DNA of 64,000 nt, from positions 32,001 to 96,000 of the forward strand of contig JACRKZ010000018.1 in assembly GCA_016235455.1 (NCBI GenBank). The letters are read 5' to 3'. The notes beneath the pieces were generated by a model. It had not been told where the DNA came from. It worked only from the letters and a program-made list of their open reading frames with translations, and did no database searches. Positions 29,455 through 38,545 of the stretch are shown one piece after another. Position 1 is the stretch's first letter. Each line of letters opens with the position of its first letter. This stretch comes from Armatimonadota bacterium. GTDB taxonomy: Bacteria > Armatimonadota > UBA10988. The position numbers and the translations under genes were made by a program.

Positions 29455-31997
29455 CTGACGGCCAGGTCCAGGGCCTCGTCAGCCGCGAGGCCCCCGCCCT
29501 CGGCCACGTGCGCGACCCAGCGCTCACCCAGCACCGCGCGCGCCGGCGCGAGTGCCTCATCCAGGTCGCGTTGCCAGCGCTCAGGCAGCGGCATGGCCAA
29601 CTCGCGTCGCAGCGCCGTGGCCGCGCCGACCAGCCGTGCCGCGCGCTCAGGCGCACTATCCGCGGCGATCATGGCCAGCCCCTCAAGCACTTCGGGGTAG
29701 CCGGCGCGGTGGCCCAAGGCCACGCGCAGGGCGAGGCTGCGTCGGTACAGTGTCGTCGCCGCCTCGGTGTCGCCACGCCGCAGCGCGAGCAGACCCAAGT
29801 TGGCCAGACCGGCAGCCAGGGTGCCCTGGTCACCTTCCTGCTCGGCGATGGCCACGCTCTCACCCAGCAAGTGCTCGGCGCTGGCCAGGTCGCCGGTGTC
29901 ATAGAGCACGCTGGCCAGGTTGTTGAGCAGCGCGCACTGGACATGCCGGTCGCCCACCTCGGCCGATAGCCGCTGCGTCTCTTCCAGGTATCCGCGGGCC
30001 TCGGCCAGCTCACGCTGGTCGATGGCCAGGATGCCCAGGTTCGCCAGCGCCACCACCTCCCCCCGCCGGTCGCCCAAGTCGCGGTAACAGGCCAACGCTT
30101 CCAGCTGCTGGCCGCGCGCCGCTGGCGCATCGCCCAGCAGACGGCACAGAATGCCCAGCTCGTTGCGGGCACGAGCCCGGTCGAGCGGCGCGCCGCCGTC
30201 ACGCGCCAAGGCCTGCTCCAGTTGCTGCCGGCCCTCGGCCAGCATGCCGCGCGCCGCCCAGTACCAACCCAGCAGGCCGGCCAGCGCCAGGCCCAGCGCG
30301 GCGCCGGCGGAGGCCACGTCGCACCAGGCCAGTGCCGCTCGCAGGTTGTCCTGCTCGTCGTCCAGGCGGCGCAGGCCCTCGTCGCCGCCCATCGGCGGCT
30401 CAGCCCGGCGCGCCAGCTCCAGGCACCAGCCCAGGTGCCGGTCGCGCACTTGCTCGACGCCGCCCTGCTCCAGCAGGCGCTCGGCGGCATACTGCCGCAC
30501 GGTCTCCAGCAAGCGGTCGCGGCCGGTCTCGTCGTCATGCACCACCAACGACTTGTCAACCAGGCCGGCCAGCCGGTCCAGAAGTTCCCAGTCCTCGTCG
30601 CCGTCGCCGCACACCGCCGCCACCGCTTCGAGCGGCCAGCCGCCGGCGAAGACGCTGAGCCGCGCCAGCAGTTGCCGCTCGTCGGCGTCGAGCAGGTCGT
30701 AGCTCCAGTCGATGAGCGCCTGCAGCGTGCGTTGGCGCGGCAAGGCCGTGCGGCTGCCGCCGGTCAGCAGGCGGAAGCGTTGGTCGAGCCGCTGCGCGAG
30801 TTGCGGCAGCGTCATCGAGCGCACGCGCGCCGCGGCGAGCTCCAGCGCCAGCGGGATGCCGTCGAGCCGACGGCAGACCTCCGCCGCCGCCTCACGGTTG
30901 GCCTCGCTCAGCACAAAGCCCGGCGAGACGGCGGCGGCGCGCCGCGCCAGCAGCTCGACCGCCTCATCGAGCCCCAGCGACGGCACCGGATAGGTCACTT
31001 CGCCCGCGATGCCCAATGCCTCGCGACTGGTCACGAGGACCCTGAGCGCCGGGCAGCCGCGCAGCAGCGCCTCGGCCAGCAGGGCCGCCGCATGAATGAC
31101 ATGCTCGCAGTTGTCCAGCACCAGCAGCGCGCTCTGGCCGGCCAGATGCGCGGTCACGGCCGCCAGGGCATCGCGGCCGGGCTCCTCCTTGAGGCCGAGG
31201 CTGGTCGCGACCGCGCCGGCCACCAGGTCGGGATCGGCCACCGCCGCCAGCTCGGTCAGCCAGATGCCATCACCGTCGGCCACCAGTTGCTCGGCGGCCA
31301 CCGCCAGTGCCAGCCGCGTCTTACCCGTGCCGCCGACGCCGGTCAGCGTGACCAGCCGGCCGGCGCGCAGCAGCGACGCCACCTCGTTCAGTTCGCGCTG
31401 GCGGCCCACCAGATCGTCGGCTGGGACAGGCAGGTTGTTGGGCACCTCGTCGAGTGACAGCGGGCGCCGACGATCGTCCGGCAGGTCCGCGTGGACGAGC
31501 TGAAAGATGCGCTCGGGCAGGCGGAAGTCGCGCAGCCGGTGCCGACCCAGATCACGCAAGGTCACACCATCGGGTGGCACGGCGGGCACCGCCAGCTCCG
31601 CCAGCAGCACCTGGTCACCTTGAGCCACGGCCAGCAAGCGAGCGGCCCGGTTGAGCGGGCTGCCGAAGTAGTCGCCGTCGCGCAGTTCCGCCGGGCCGCG
31701 GCTCAGCGCCATGCGCGTGGGTAGTTCCAGGCCGTCGGGCCAGACCACGGCGCGGAGCGCGCGCTGTCCGTCGAGCGCGGCGCGAAGCGCATCGGCCGGC
31801 TCCGTGAACGCGGCGCAGAGCCCGTCGCCCAGCGTCTTGAAGACAATGCCACCAGCCGCCTCCACGGCCTGGCGCAAACGGGCCTCATGCTCGGGCAGGG
31901 CGGCGGCCATGGCCTGAGCGTGCGACTCCCAGAGCCGCGTGGAGCCCTGGATGTCGGTGAACAGAAAGGTCACCTCGCTGTCAGCATGGCCAGCCAT
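29451..31997 (-). CDS. Class III adenylate/guanylate cyclase + STAND NTPase + TPR protein
   Basis: FLFTDIQGST, GDG, DYFG..NRAAR; GVGGTGKT; LDNCEH; LDGIPLALELAA; TPRs. Confidence 0.92.
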   Translation of the reverse strand: MAGHADSEVTFLFTDIQGSTRLWESHAQAMAAALPEHEARLRQAVEAAGGIVFKTLGDGLCAAFTEPADALRAALDGQRALRAVVWPDGLELPTRMALSRGPAELRDGDYFGSPLNRAARLLAVAQGDQVLLAELAVPAVPPDGVTLRDLGRHRLRDFRLPERIFQLVHADLPDDRRRPLSLDEVPNNLPVPADDLVGRQRELNEVASLLRAGRLVTLTGVGGTGKTRLALAVAAEQLVADGDGIWLTELAAVADPDLVAGAVATSLGLKEEPGRDALAAVTAHLAGQSALLVLDNCEHVIHAAALLAEALLRGCPALRVLVTSREALGIAGEVTYPVPSLGLDEAVELLARRAAAVSPGFVLSEANREAAAEVCRRLDGIPLALELAAARVRSMTLPQLAQRLDQRFRLLTGGSRTALPRQRTLQALIDWSYDLLDADERQLLARLSVFAGGWPLEAVAAVCGDGDEDWELLDRLAGLVDKSLVVHDDETGRDRLLETVRQYAAERLLEQGGVEQVRDRHLGWCLELARRAEPPMGGDEGLRRLDDEQDNLRAALAWCDVASAGAALGLALAGLLGWYWAARGMLAEGRQQLEQALARDGGAPLDRARARNELGILCRLLGDAPAARGQQLEALACYRDLGDRRGEVVALANLGILAIDQRELAEARGYLEETQRLSAEVGDRHVQCALLNNLASVLYDTGDLASAEHLLGESVAIAEQEGDQGTLAAGLANLGLLALRRGDTEAATTLYRRSLALRVALGHRAGYPEVLEGLAMIAADSAPERAARLVGAATALRRELAMPLPERWQRDLDEALAPARAVLGERWVAHVAEGGGLAADEALDLAVS

Positions 31998-32107
31998 GCC
32001 TGCCAGTGTACCTCACGGCGAGGGCTGACATGTAGCACGACCACGAGGCGGCCCAGGATGGGCACGCCGACCCGTCGCTGGCAACTCGGCTGGCAGAGGG
32101 TTGCTGG

Positions 32108-33280
32108 CTAGGTACTGAAGTAGGCCAACATCATCCGCGCCAGCACCTCTCGGCCGCGGTCGTTGGCGTGGACTGCATCGCGCATGAACCAGCTGTACGA
32201 CCGACCGCAGTGCGCCATGTACTCGTTCCAGGCCAAACCGACATCGAGGAAGGCGGTTTGCTCTTCCTCTGCCAGGGCGCGCAAGCCAGTGCGGTAGGCT
32301 GCCATCCTGGTCAGCCGTTCGGCGAAGGCGGGACCTTCGGCGCCGCTCAGGCCGGCTGGCCACAGGCGGGGGTCGCCGTCGATACCCACCGGGTCGGTCA
32401 TCAGCAGGATCTCGGTCACCCCACCGGCGCGGGCCTGGCGGACCACCGAGCGGATAGCGTCGAGGTCGTAGTTGTGCGAGATACCGCCGATCATGAGCAA
32501 GCCTGGGCGATGCCGCAGGACGTACCGCTGCACACGGTCCTCCTCGCGGTAGTACCAGCAGCCCGTGCTGCTGCGCACCGAGGCGATGACATCGATCTGC
32601 GATCTGGGCCATGCGCGCTCGGTGAGCACCGCCCACGGTGCATTGGCCGTGTCGTTGACAATGCTGTCGCCCAGCATCACCACGCGCCGGCGACCGCGCC
32701 TGGCCAGCGCGTCGAAGGTCTGCGGCAGGCGCTCGACGCGGTCGGCCGGCGGCTGCCAGTTGACTGGCGGGATGCGGCGTTCGGTGCCATCGGACCACGC
32801 GCAGACCTCGCCGCGCGAGGCCCGCGACAGGCGCACGTCCTCGATCTCCATGACCGTGCCGGGCGACCGTGGATGGAACCGCAGGAACACGCCAACCGAG
32901 TCGGCGTGCGCCAGGAAGCAGGCGTCCACCACGCCGCCGCCGTTGTCGTCGATGCCGCTGTAGAAGTCGGCTGGCAACTCGGCGCCGGAGCGGTCGACGA
33001 ACACGGCCACCCACATGGCCGGGCCGGTGGTGCGCACACGAAAGCGCACGCGGTAATGCGTCAGCGGCTCGACGGGGCACTTGGGGCTCTGCCAGGTGGG
33101 CCCGGTGGTGAAAAGCGCGCGTTTGCGCCACTCGGCGCCGCTCTCCGCGCCGACCCGGGCCACGATGCTCCAGCCGTATTCGGTGGGATCGTGCTCAAAG
33201 GTGGCGCGCATGAGTGGATAGGAGTCGGCACCAACCGATGCCGCAAGCAATGCTCCTGAAGTCAGACCAGTTAACGACAT
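32108..33280 (-). CDS. SGNH/GDSL hydrolase with N-terminal CBM-like domain (copy 2)
   Basis: VMLGDSIV, RDAVHAN; close paralog of 33587-34759. Confidence 0.8.
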   Translation of the reverse strand: MSLTGLTSGALLAASVGADSYPLMRATFEHDPTEYGWSIVARVGAESGAEWRKRALFTTGPTWQSPKCPVEPLTHYRVRFRVRTTGPAMWVAVFVDRSGAELPADFYSGIDDNGGGVVDACFLAHADSVGVFLRFHPRSPGTVMEIEDVRLSRASRGEVCAWSDGTERRIPPVNWQPPADRVERLPQTFDALARRGRRRVVMLGDSIVNDTANAPWAVLTERAWPRSQIDVIASVRSSTGCWYYREEDRVQRYVLRHRPGLLMIGGISHNYDLDAIRSVVRQARAGGVTEILLMTDPVGIDGDPRLWPAGLSGAEGPAFAERLTRMAAYRTGLRALAEEEQTAFLDVGLAWNEYMAHCGRSYSWFMRDAVHANDRGREVLARMMLAYFST

Positions 33281-33586
33281 AACCCTCGCCGGGACACATC
33301 ATACCGGCGGCCGTGGATGTGCACCACGGTCACCGCCGTGTTTGGCCAATTATAGCTACACGCTCGCCGGCGTTGGAGGCGTCATCTCTGGCCAGCGTGG
33401 CTTGGCGCGTTGGGCTCTTGGCCGACACGCTCCTCTCATACCACATCCCCTCTGGCGGCCAATGGACCTCAGATGACGGCGAAGTCACGGCCGCGAAGCG
33501 CTGTGGCCAGGGCGGCACGCAGGTCTTCGGCGACACGCGCCAACGCGTTCACGGCGCGACGCTGGGCGGGGTCAGGGGCGCGGCGG

Positions 33587-34759
33587 TTAGCCGCCAAACC
33601 AGGCGAGCATGAGCCGGCCGAGCACCTCGCGACCGCGGTCGTTGGCGTGGACGGCATCGCGCATGAACCAGCCGTACGATCGGCCGCAGTGGGCCATGTA
33701 CTCATTCCAGGCCAGGCCGATGTCGAAGAACGCCGCCTGCTCCTCCGCGGCCAGGGCGCGGAGGCCGGAGCGATAGGCCGCCATGTTGGCCAGCCGCTCG
33801 GCAAAGGCAGGGCCGTCGTCGCCGCTCAGGCCAGCCGGCCAGCCACGCGGGTCGCCGTCGGTACCCACGGGGTCGGTCATCAGCAGGACTTCGGGCACGT
33901 CACCAGCACGAGCCTGGCGCACCACCGAGCGGATGGCGTCCAGGTCGCAGTTGTGTGAGATGCCGCCGATGATCAGCAGCCCCGGATGGTGACGCAGGAC
34001 ATACTGCTCCACGCGGTCGTCCTCACGGTAGTACCAGCAGCCCGTGCCGCTCCTGACCGCGGCGACGACGTCGATGCGTGCCCTCGGTCGCACGCGCTCG
34101 GTGAGCACGGCCCAGGGCGCGTTGGCGGTGTCCATGACGATGCTGTCGCCGAGCATCACCACGGTCAGGCGCTGGCCTCGCGCCAGTGCCTCGAAGGTCT
34201 GCGGCAGGCGCTCGGCACGGCCAGCCGGCGGCTGCCAGGTAACCGGCGGGATGAGCCGCACGATGGAGTCCGACCAGGCGCAGACCTCACCGCGCGAGGC
34301 CCGCGACAGGCGCACATCCTCGATCTCCATGGCCGTGCCCGGCGAGCGTGGATGGAAACGCAGCGATACGGCGACCGCGTCGACGTGGGCCTGGAAGCAG
34401 GCGTCCACCGAGCCGCCGCCGTTGTCGTCGATGCCGTTGTAGAAGTCGGCTGCCATCTCGGTGCCGGCGCGGTCGACGAACACCGCCGCCCACAGTGCCG
34501 GGCCGTTCGTGCGCACGCGGAAGCGGACGCGGTAGTGCACCAGCGCCTCCACCGGGCAGCGTGGACTCTGCCACATCGGCCCGGTGGTGAACAACGAGCG
34601 CTTGCGCCACTCAGCGCCGGTGGCCGCGCCGTCGCGCGCGACGATGCGCCAGCCGTACTCGGTGGGATCCTGCTCGAATGTCGCCCGCATCAGTGGGTAG
34701 GCATCGGCTTGCACCGAGGCCGCCAGCAGAGCTCCGGCAGTCACACCCGACAGCATCAT
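33587..34759 (-). CDS. SGNH/GDSL hydrolase with N-terminal CBM-like domain (copy 1)
   Basis: VMLGDSIV, RDAVHAN. Confidence 0.8.
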   Translation of the reverse strand: MMLSGVTAGALLAASVQADAYPLMRATFEQDPTEYGWRIVARDGAATGAEWRKRSLFTTGPMWQSPRCPVEALVHYRVRFRVRTNGPALWAAVFVDRAGTEMAADFYNGIDDNGGGSVDACFQAHVDAVAVSLRFHPRSPGTAMEIEDVRLSRASRGEVCAWSDSIVRLIPPVTWQPPAGRAERLPQTFEALARGQRLTVVMLGDSIVMDTANAPWAVLTERVRPRARIDVVAAVRSGTGCWYYREDDRVEQYVLRHHPGLLIIGGISHNCDLDAIRSVVRQARAGDVPEVLLMTDPVGTDGDPRGWPAGLSGDDGPAFAERLANMAAYRSGLRALAAEEQAAFFDIGLAWNEYMAHCGRSYGWFMRDAVHANDRGREVLGRLMLAWFGG

Positions 34760-34843
34760 CGTAGCCGCCAAGTTCCATCGAGGCGGCGGCGGCCCGCGAC
34801 CATCGCGGGACCGCCACCCGATTCGCAGATTGTACGTCTGCGA

Positions 34844-35944
34844 TTAGACCACTTCCAGGTCGTCGCGGTTGCCGAGCGCGGGAAATGGCGCATGCGGCTC
34901 GGCCTGGTACCAGTACGCCACCGAGGCGATATCGTCCTGTAGCGGCAGGTATCGCCCTTCGGAGCGCCAGCCGATGGCCTGCATGGTGATGCGAATGTCG
35001 CTGCCGAAGCGGATCGGGTCCATGATGTGGAAGCGATACAGCCCGTGGCGATTGCCCACCTTGAAGTCGGTCTTGCCCCACGGATAGCCCAGGAAGGGTG
35101 CCGTGTAGTTCTCGCCAAAGCCCCACGCACCGCCGAAGTAGTCCTCGGTGCCCGTTCCGCAGATGGTCGGATACTCGTCGTCGCCGTCGAGGAAGACCTT
35201 GAACTCGCCTTCGCCCCACCAACCTTCGCTGTTCTGCTGCCAGGCCATGTACACGCCGACATACTGGCCCTGGCCCTTCACGCCGTCGAGAATGACGTAG
35301 TCCTCGCCGTAGGCCAGCGGGTTGGAGCGCCGGAACTGGGCGTGGAAGTAGGCCTCGTCGTGCGGCACCTCGACCAGCGCATAGTTGATGGTGTAGAAGA
35401 ACCCGCCTTGGGCCTCCGGTGCGCGGTTCTCGACGGTGATGCGGGCGTGCCGCCGGAACGGCATGGGGAAGTAGCAGTTCATGCCGCCGCTGGGGTTGAC
35501 GTTGATCGGCATGCTCAACACTTTGGCGCGCTTGGCGAACCCGCAGCAGAACAGGTCGCCGATGGGCACCTCGACGCTGGGCTCGTCTTCATCGTCCCAA
35601 TACATGCGCAGGATGAGGTCGCGGTAGCGCTTCTCCTCGACCGTGATTCAGATGTGTTGGATGACGCCGGGCCCGCTGACATCCATCAGCGTGGTGGTGC
35701 TGCCGGCGGGCAGCGTGATGCACGGGCGCACTTTCCACTTCACGCCCAGGTCGCGCGCACAGGCGTTGGGTCCGTCCCACTGCTGGCCAATCTGGCGCAC
35801 GGCGGGCTGCGGGTCCGCGCTGAGTTCGGCCATGCCGCCACAGCCGGGCTCGCCGTAGACGTTCTCTGCGGTGATCGACCGGGTCTTGGCCGCCGAGAGG
35901 CGACTGATGTTGCCCAGATGCGAATGAAGGCCGGGGTCCGACAT
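34844..35944 (-). pseudogene. DUF2961 / GH172 glycoside hydrolase interrupted by one in-frame TGA (35648-35650)
   Basis: TRSITAEN, GPGVIQHI*ITV, RMYWDDE..PSVEVPIGD, NCYFPMPF, WWGEGE, GTGTEDYF; both halves are in the same frame. Confidence 0.8.
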
Positions 35945-35954
35945 GCTCAGCTCC

Positions 35955-38438
35955 TTACTTCTCGGGATTGGCCGGCGCCTTGCGCCGGTACGTGACCAGG
36001 GCCATGCCCGGCTTGTCGGGCACGTCCAGCACCAGCCGAGCCAGCGCCTCGCCCGACGCCTCCTGGCGGCGGCCGGTGTCCACGTAGCTCAGCTCATAGG
36101 TTGCCGCCGGGTCCAGGCTGTGCAGCGCGACCTCCACCGACGGATGCGGGCTCGCCGCGCGGCGGAAACAGAAGACCGCGCCCTCGCCCAGGTCGGGCCG
36201 ATCGAGCTGCCAGGCGCACCATTTGTCGGGCTCGACATTGACCGGCAGCAGGTTGTAGTGATCGCCCAGCCACAGCGGACGCAGCGCCTTGGTCTCGCCG
36301 ATGCGGCGCTGCACCAAGGGCAGTTCCGCGGCCAGTGGCGGCCGGCAGACGCTCGCGCCCGTGGTGGCCACGCTGCGCCAGGTGTAGGCATCCCAGCCCC
36401 ACACCCCGGCCGCATGGAGGGGCACCCAGCGGCTCAGGCCCGCCGTCTGCGCCTGGTCCCAGGCCGGCATGGCCTTCCCGCCGCACTGGGTGTCGCTGCG
36501 CCACAGCGGGTAGCTGCGCCGGCACGTTTCAAGGTCGATGCGCCGACCACCGCTGGCGCAGTTGTCGATCTGCAAGCCTGGATGCGCCGCGCGCAGCTCG
36601 TCCCACAGCGTGTACAGCCCCTCGATGTAGCGGATCTCGGTGATGCCCTGCCGCTCCGGCTTGTCTGCCGCCTGCCAGAAGCCCAGCGGGTCGATGTTGA
36701 AGTCGTTGCGGTACACCGTGATGCCCCAGTCGGCGATACAGCGGTTGAGGTGGTCGCGCAGCCAGGCCCGGGCCGCGGGGTCACCCAGGTTGTACAGCCC
36801 ATCGCCGCCGCCCGCGCGCAGCACGAACTCAGGATGCTCGCGACCGATAGCGCTCTGCGAATGTACGCGTTCGGGCTCGAACCACAAGACGAAGCCCATG
36901 CGGTTGGCCCGGGCCGCATCACCCAACGGCTTGAGCCCGCGGGGAAAGGCGTCGGGCTTGGGCGTCCAGGAACCGACGCCCGTCGGCCAGCCGCCGACAA
37001 ACCAGCCGGCGTCGAGCCAGAAGCCCTCGACGCCGACCTGCGCCATGGCGTCGATCGCGGCGAGTTGGTTGGCCTCGGTGACCTCGTTGCCCTGGTTGAA
37101 GGCGAACCAGGTGTTCTCGCTCAACGGCGGCAGCGCGGGCTTGCCTTCCCGATCGCGAGGCACGATGGCGCTCAGCATCGTGCGACGCAGCCGGTTGTGA
37201 CCGCGCTGCGGGTCATCGCCCTGCCAGCCGGCCAGCAGCACGCTCGGCAGCCGCACGCTCTCGCCCGCGTGGAGCCGGTAGCGCGAGGTCTGTTGGCCGA
37301 GCGACATGCGCAGCCCGCGGCCGTCGTCGCGCGCCACCTTCAGTTCCCATTGGCCCGACCAGCCGATCGCGCCGATCAGGCCGCCGCCGGGCCAGCTCAG
37401 GTTGAAGAAGGGCAGCGCGCCGTTGGAGGAGCGGCCGCCACCAGGTGCCACCACAACGTCGGTGGCCGGCTTGAGCTCCGTATCGACCGGGAGGAAATCC
37501 GTCTCGGTGCAGGTGCTGCCGTTGGAGCGATGCAGCCAGACGTCGTTGGCGGCCGGCAGGCCCAGTGCCAGATCGAGCGAGCGCGGCAGCTCAATGAGCG
37601 GGCTGTCGGCGTTGCCCTCATTGCGCAGTGTGGTCTGCCATTCCACCGCGGCGGTCGCCTCGTGCCACAGGGCCGAGCATTCGATGGCCAGATGGCTGCC
37701 GGCATCGCGCCAGGTCACCTGAAGCCGGCCCGGCGCCGGCTCGGCGACGGTGCGTGTCCATTCGCGCACCACGGCCGGCTGGCCGTCGAGGCTCAGGCTG
37801 CACGGCGGCGCAACGGCGAAAGTCGGCGGCGCCTGCACGATGGGCAGGTCGTCGAGCCACAGCAGGCGGCCATCGGCCAACTCGACCTGGGCGTCGCACC
37901 AGTCCGACTGGTCCCAGCCCGGCCCGTCGCCGCCGTCGCCCACGCGTAGCGTGAACTCGCGCGCGCCGGTCAGGTCCACCGCCACGGCGACCGGCTCGCC
38001 GCCGCCGCGGCAGAGGTCCGAATGCCACAGTTCCCGCCCACCGGCATCGACGGCGAAGGTGACGCTGCCGCGCGTACCGGCTGTATCGTAGTTGTTGTCA
38101 ATCCCCACCTGCGCGGTGAACCGCTTGGCGGCGGACGGCAACCGCACCGCCAGTTCGCTGACCGAGTGCGTGCCCAGACCGCGGTCGAACGGCTTGGTGC
38201 CGATGCAGAGCGGTGTGTTCATCACCGACTGCCGACGATGGAGCGTGCTGTAGTCCTGCCGGCGCACCTCGATGCCGATCGGCGCCGGCGCGGGCTCCGC
38301 AGCCAGGCCGCGGAAGGCGGCCTCATACCAACCGCGCATCCAGCCGCGTTCCGACGCTGTCGGTGCCAGTTCGTCGGCCAGGCAGCCGGCGGCCAGACAC
38401 GTCGCGAGGAGCAGGACCACCCAGATTCCGTTGCCCAC
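35955..38438 (-). CDS. GH36-like alpha-galactosidase with NPCBM domain
   Basis: GLGTHS..VGID..DWCDA (NPCBM); LDAGW, LWFEPE, NDFNI, DNCASGGRRID. Confidence 0.88.
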   Translation of the reverse strand: MGNGIWVVLLLATCLAAGCLADELAPTASERGWMRGWYEAAFRGLAAEPAPAPIGIEVRRQDYSTLHRRQSVMNTPLCIGTKPFDRGLGTHSVSELAVRLPSAAKRFTAQVGIDNNYDTAGTRGSVTFAVDAGGRELWHSDLCRGGGEPVAVAVDLTGAREFTLRVGDGGDGPGWDQSDWCDAQVELADGRLLWLDDLPIVQAPPTFAVAPPCSLSLDGQPAVVREWTRTVAEPAPGRLQVTWRDAGSHLAIECSALWHEATAAVEWQTTLRNEGNADSPLIELPRSLDLALGLPAANDVWLHRSNGSTCTETDFLPVDTELKPATDVVVAPGGGRSSNGALPFFNLSWPGGGLIGAIGWSGQWELKVARDDGRGLRMSLGQQTSRYRLHAGESVRLPSVLLAGWQGDDPQRGHNRLRRTMLSAIVPRDREGKPALPPLSENTWFAFNQGNEVTEANQLAAIDAMAQVGVEGFWLDAGWFVGGWPTGVGSWTPKPDAFPRGLKPLGDAARANRMGFVLWFEPERVHSQSAIGREHPEFVLRAGGGDGLYNLGDPAARAWLRDHLNRCIADWGITVYRNDFNIDPLGFWQAADKPERQGITEIRYIEGLYTLWDELRAAHPGLQIDNCASGGRRIDLETCRRSYPLWRSDTQCGGKAMPAWDQAQTAGLSRWVPLHAAGVWGWDAYTWRSVATTGASVCRPPLAAELPLVQRRIGETKALRPLWLGDHYNLLPVNVEPDKWCAWQLDRPDLGEGAVFCFRRAASPHPSVEVALHSLDPAATYELSYVDTGRRQEASGEALARLVLDVPDKPGMALVTYRRKAPANPEK

Positions 38439-38545
38439 CTGTCGTCTCCGCTGTCCGTTCGCGCACGGATTACGGATCGACGGCCCGGGTCCTCCTGCAA
38501 TCGACGCGGACTTGGCCGAGGGCCAACGGCCCTACACCGGTGAGG

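Noticed and set aside
33281-33586. Spacer between the SGNH paralogs as a mobile element or small gene
   Set aside because: No terminal repeats, transposase fragment or credible ORF.
35600-35650. Selenocysteine reading of the in-frame TGA
   Set aside because: The position is a conserved Trp rather than Cys, and no convincing SECIS hairpin follows.
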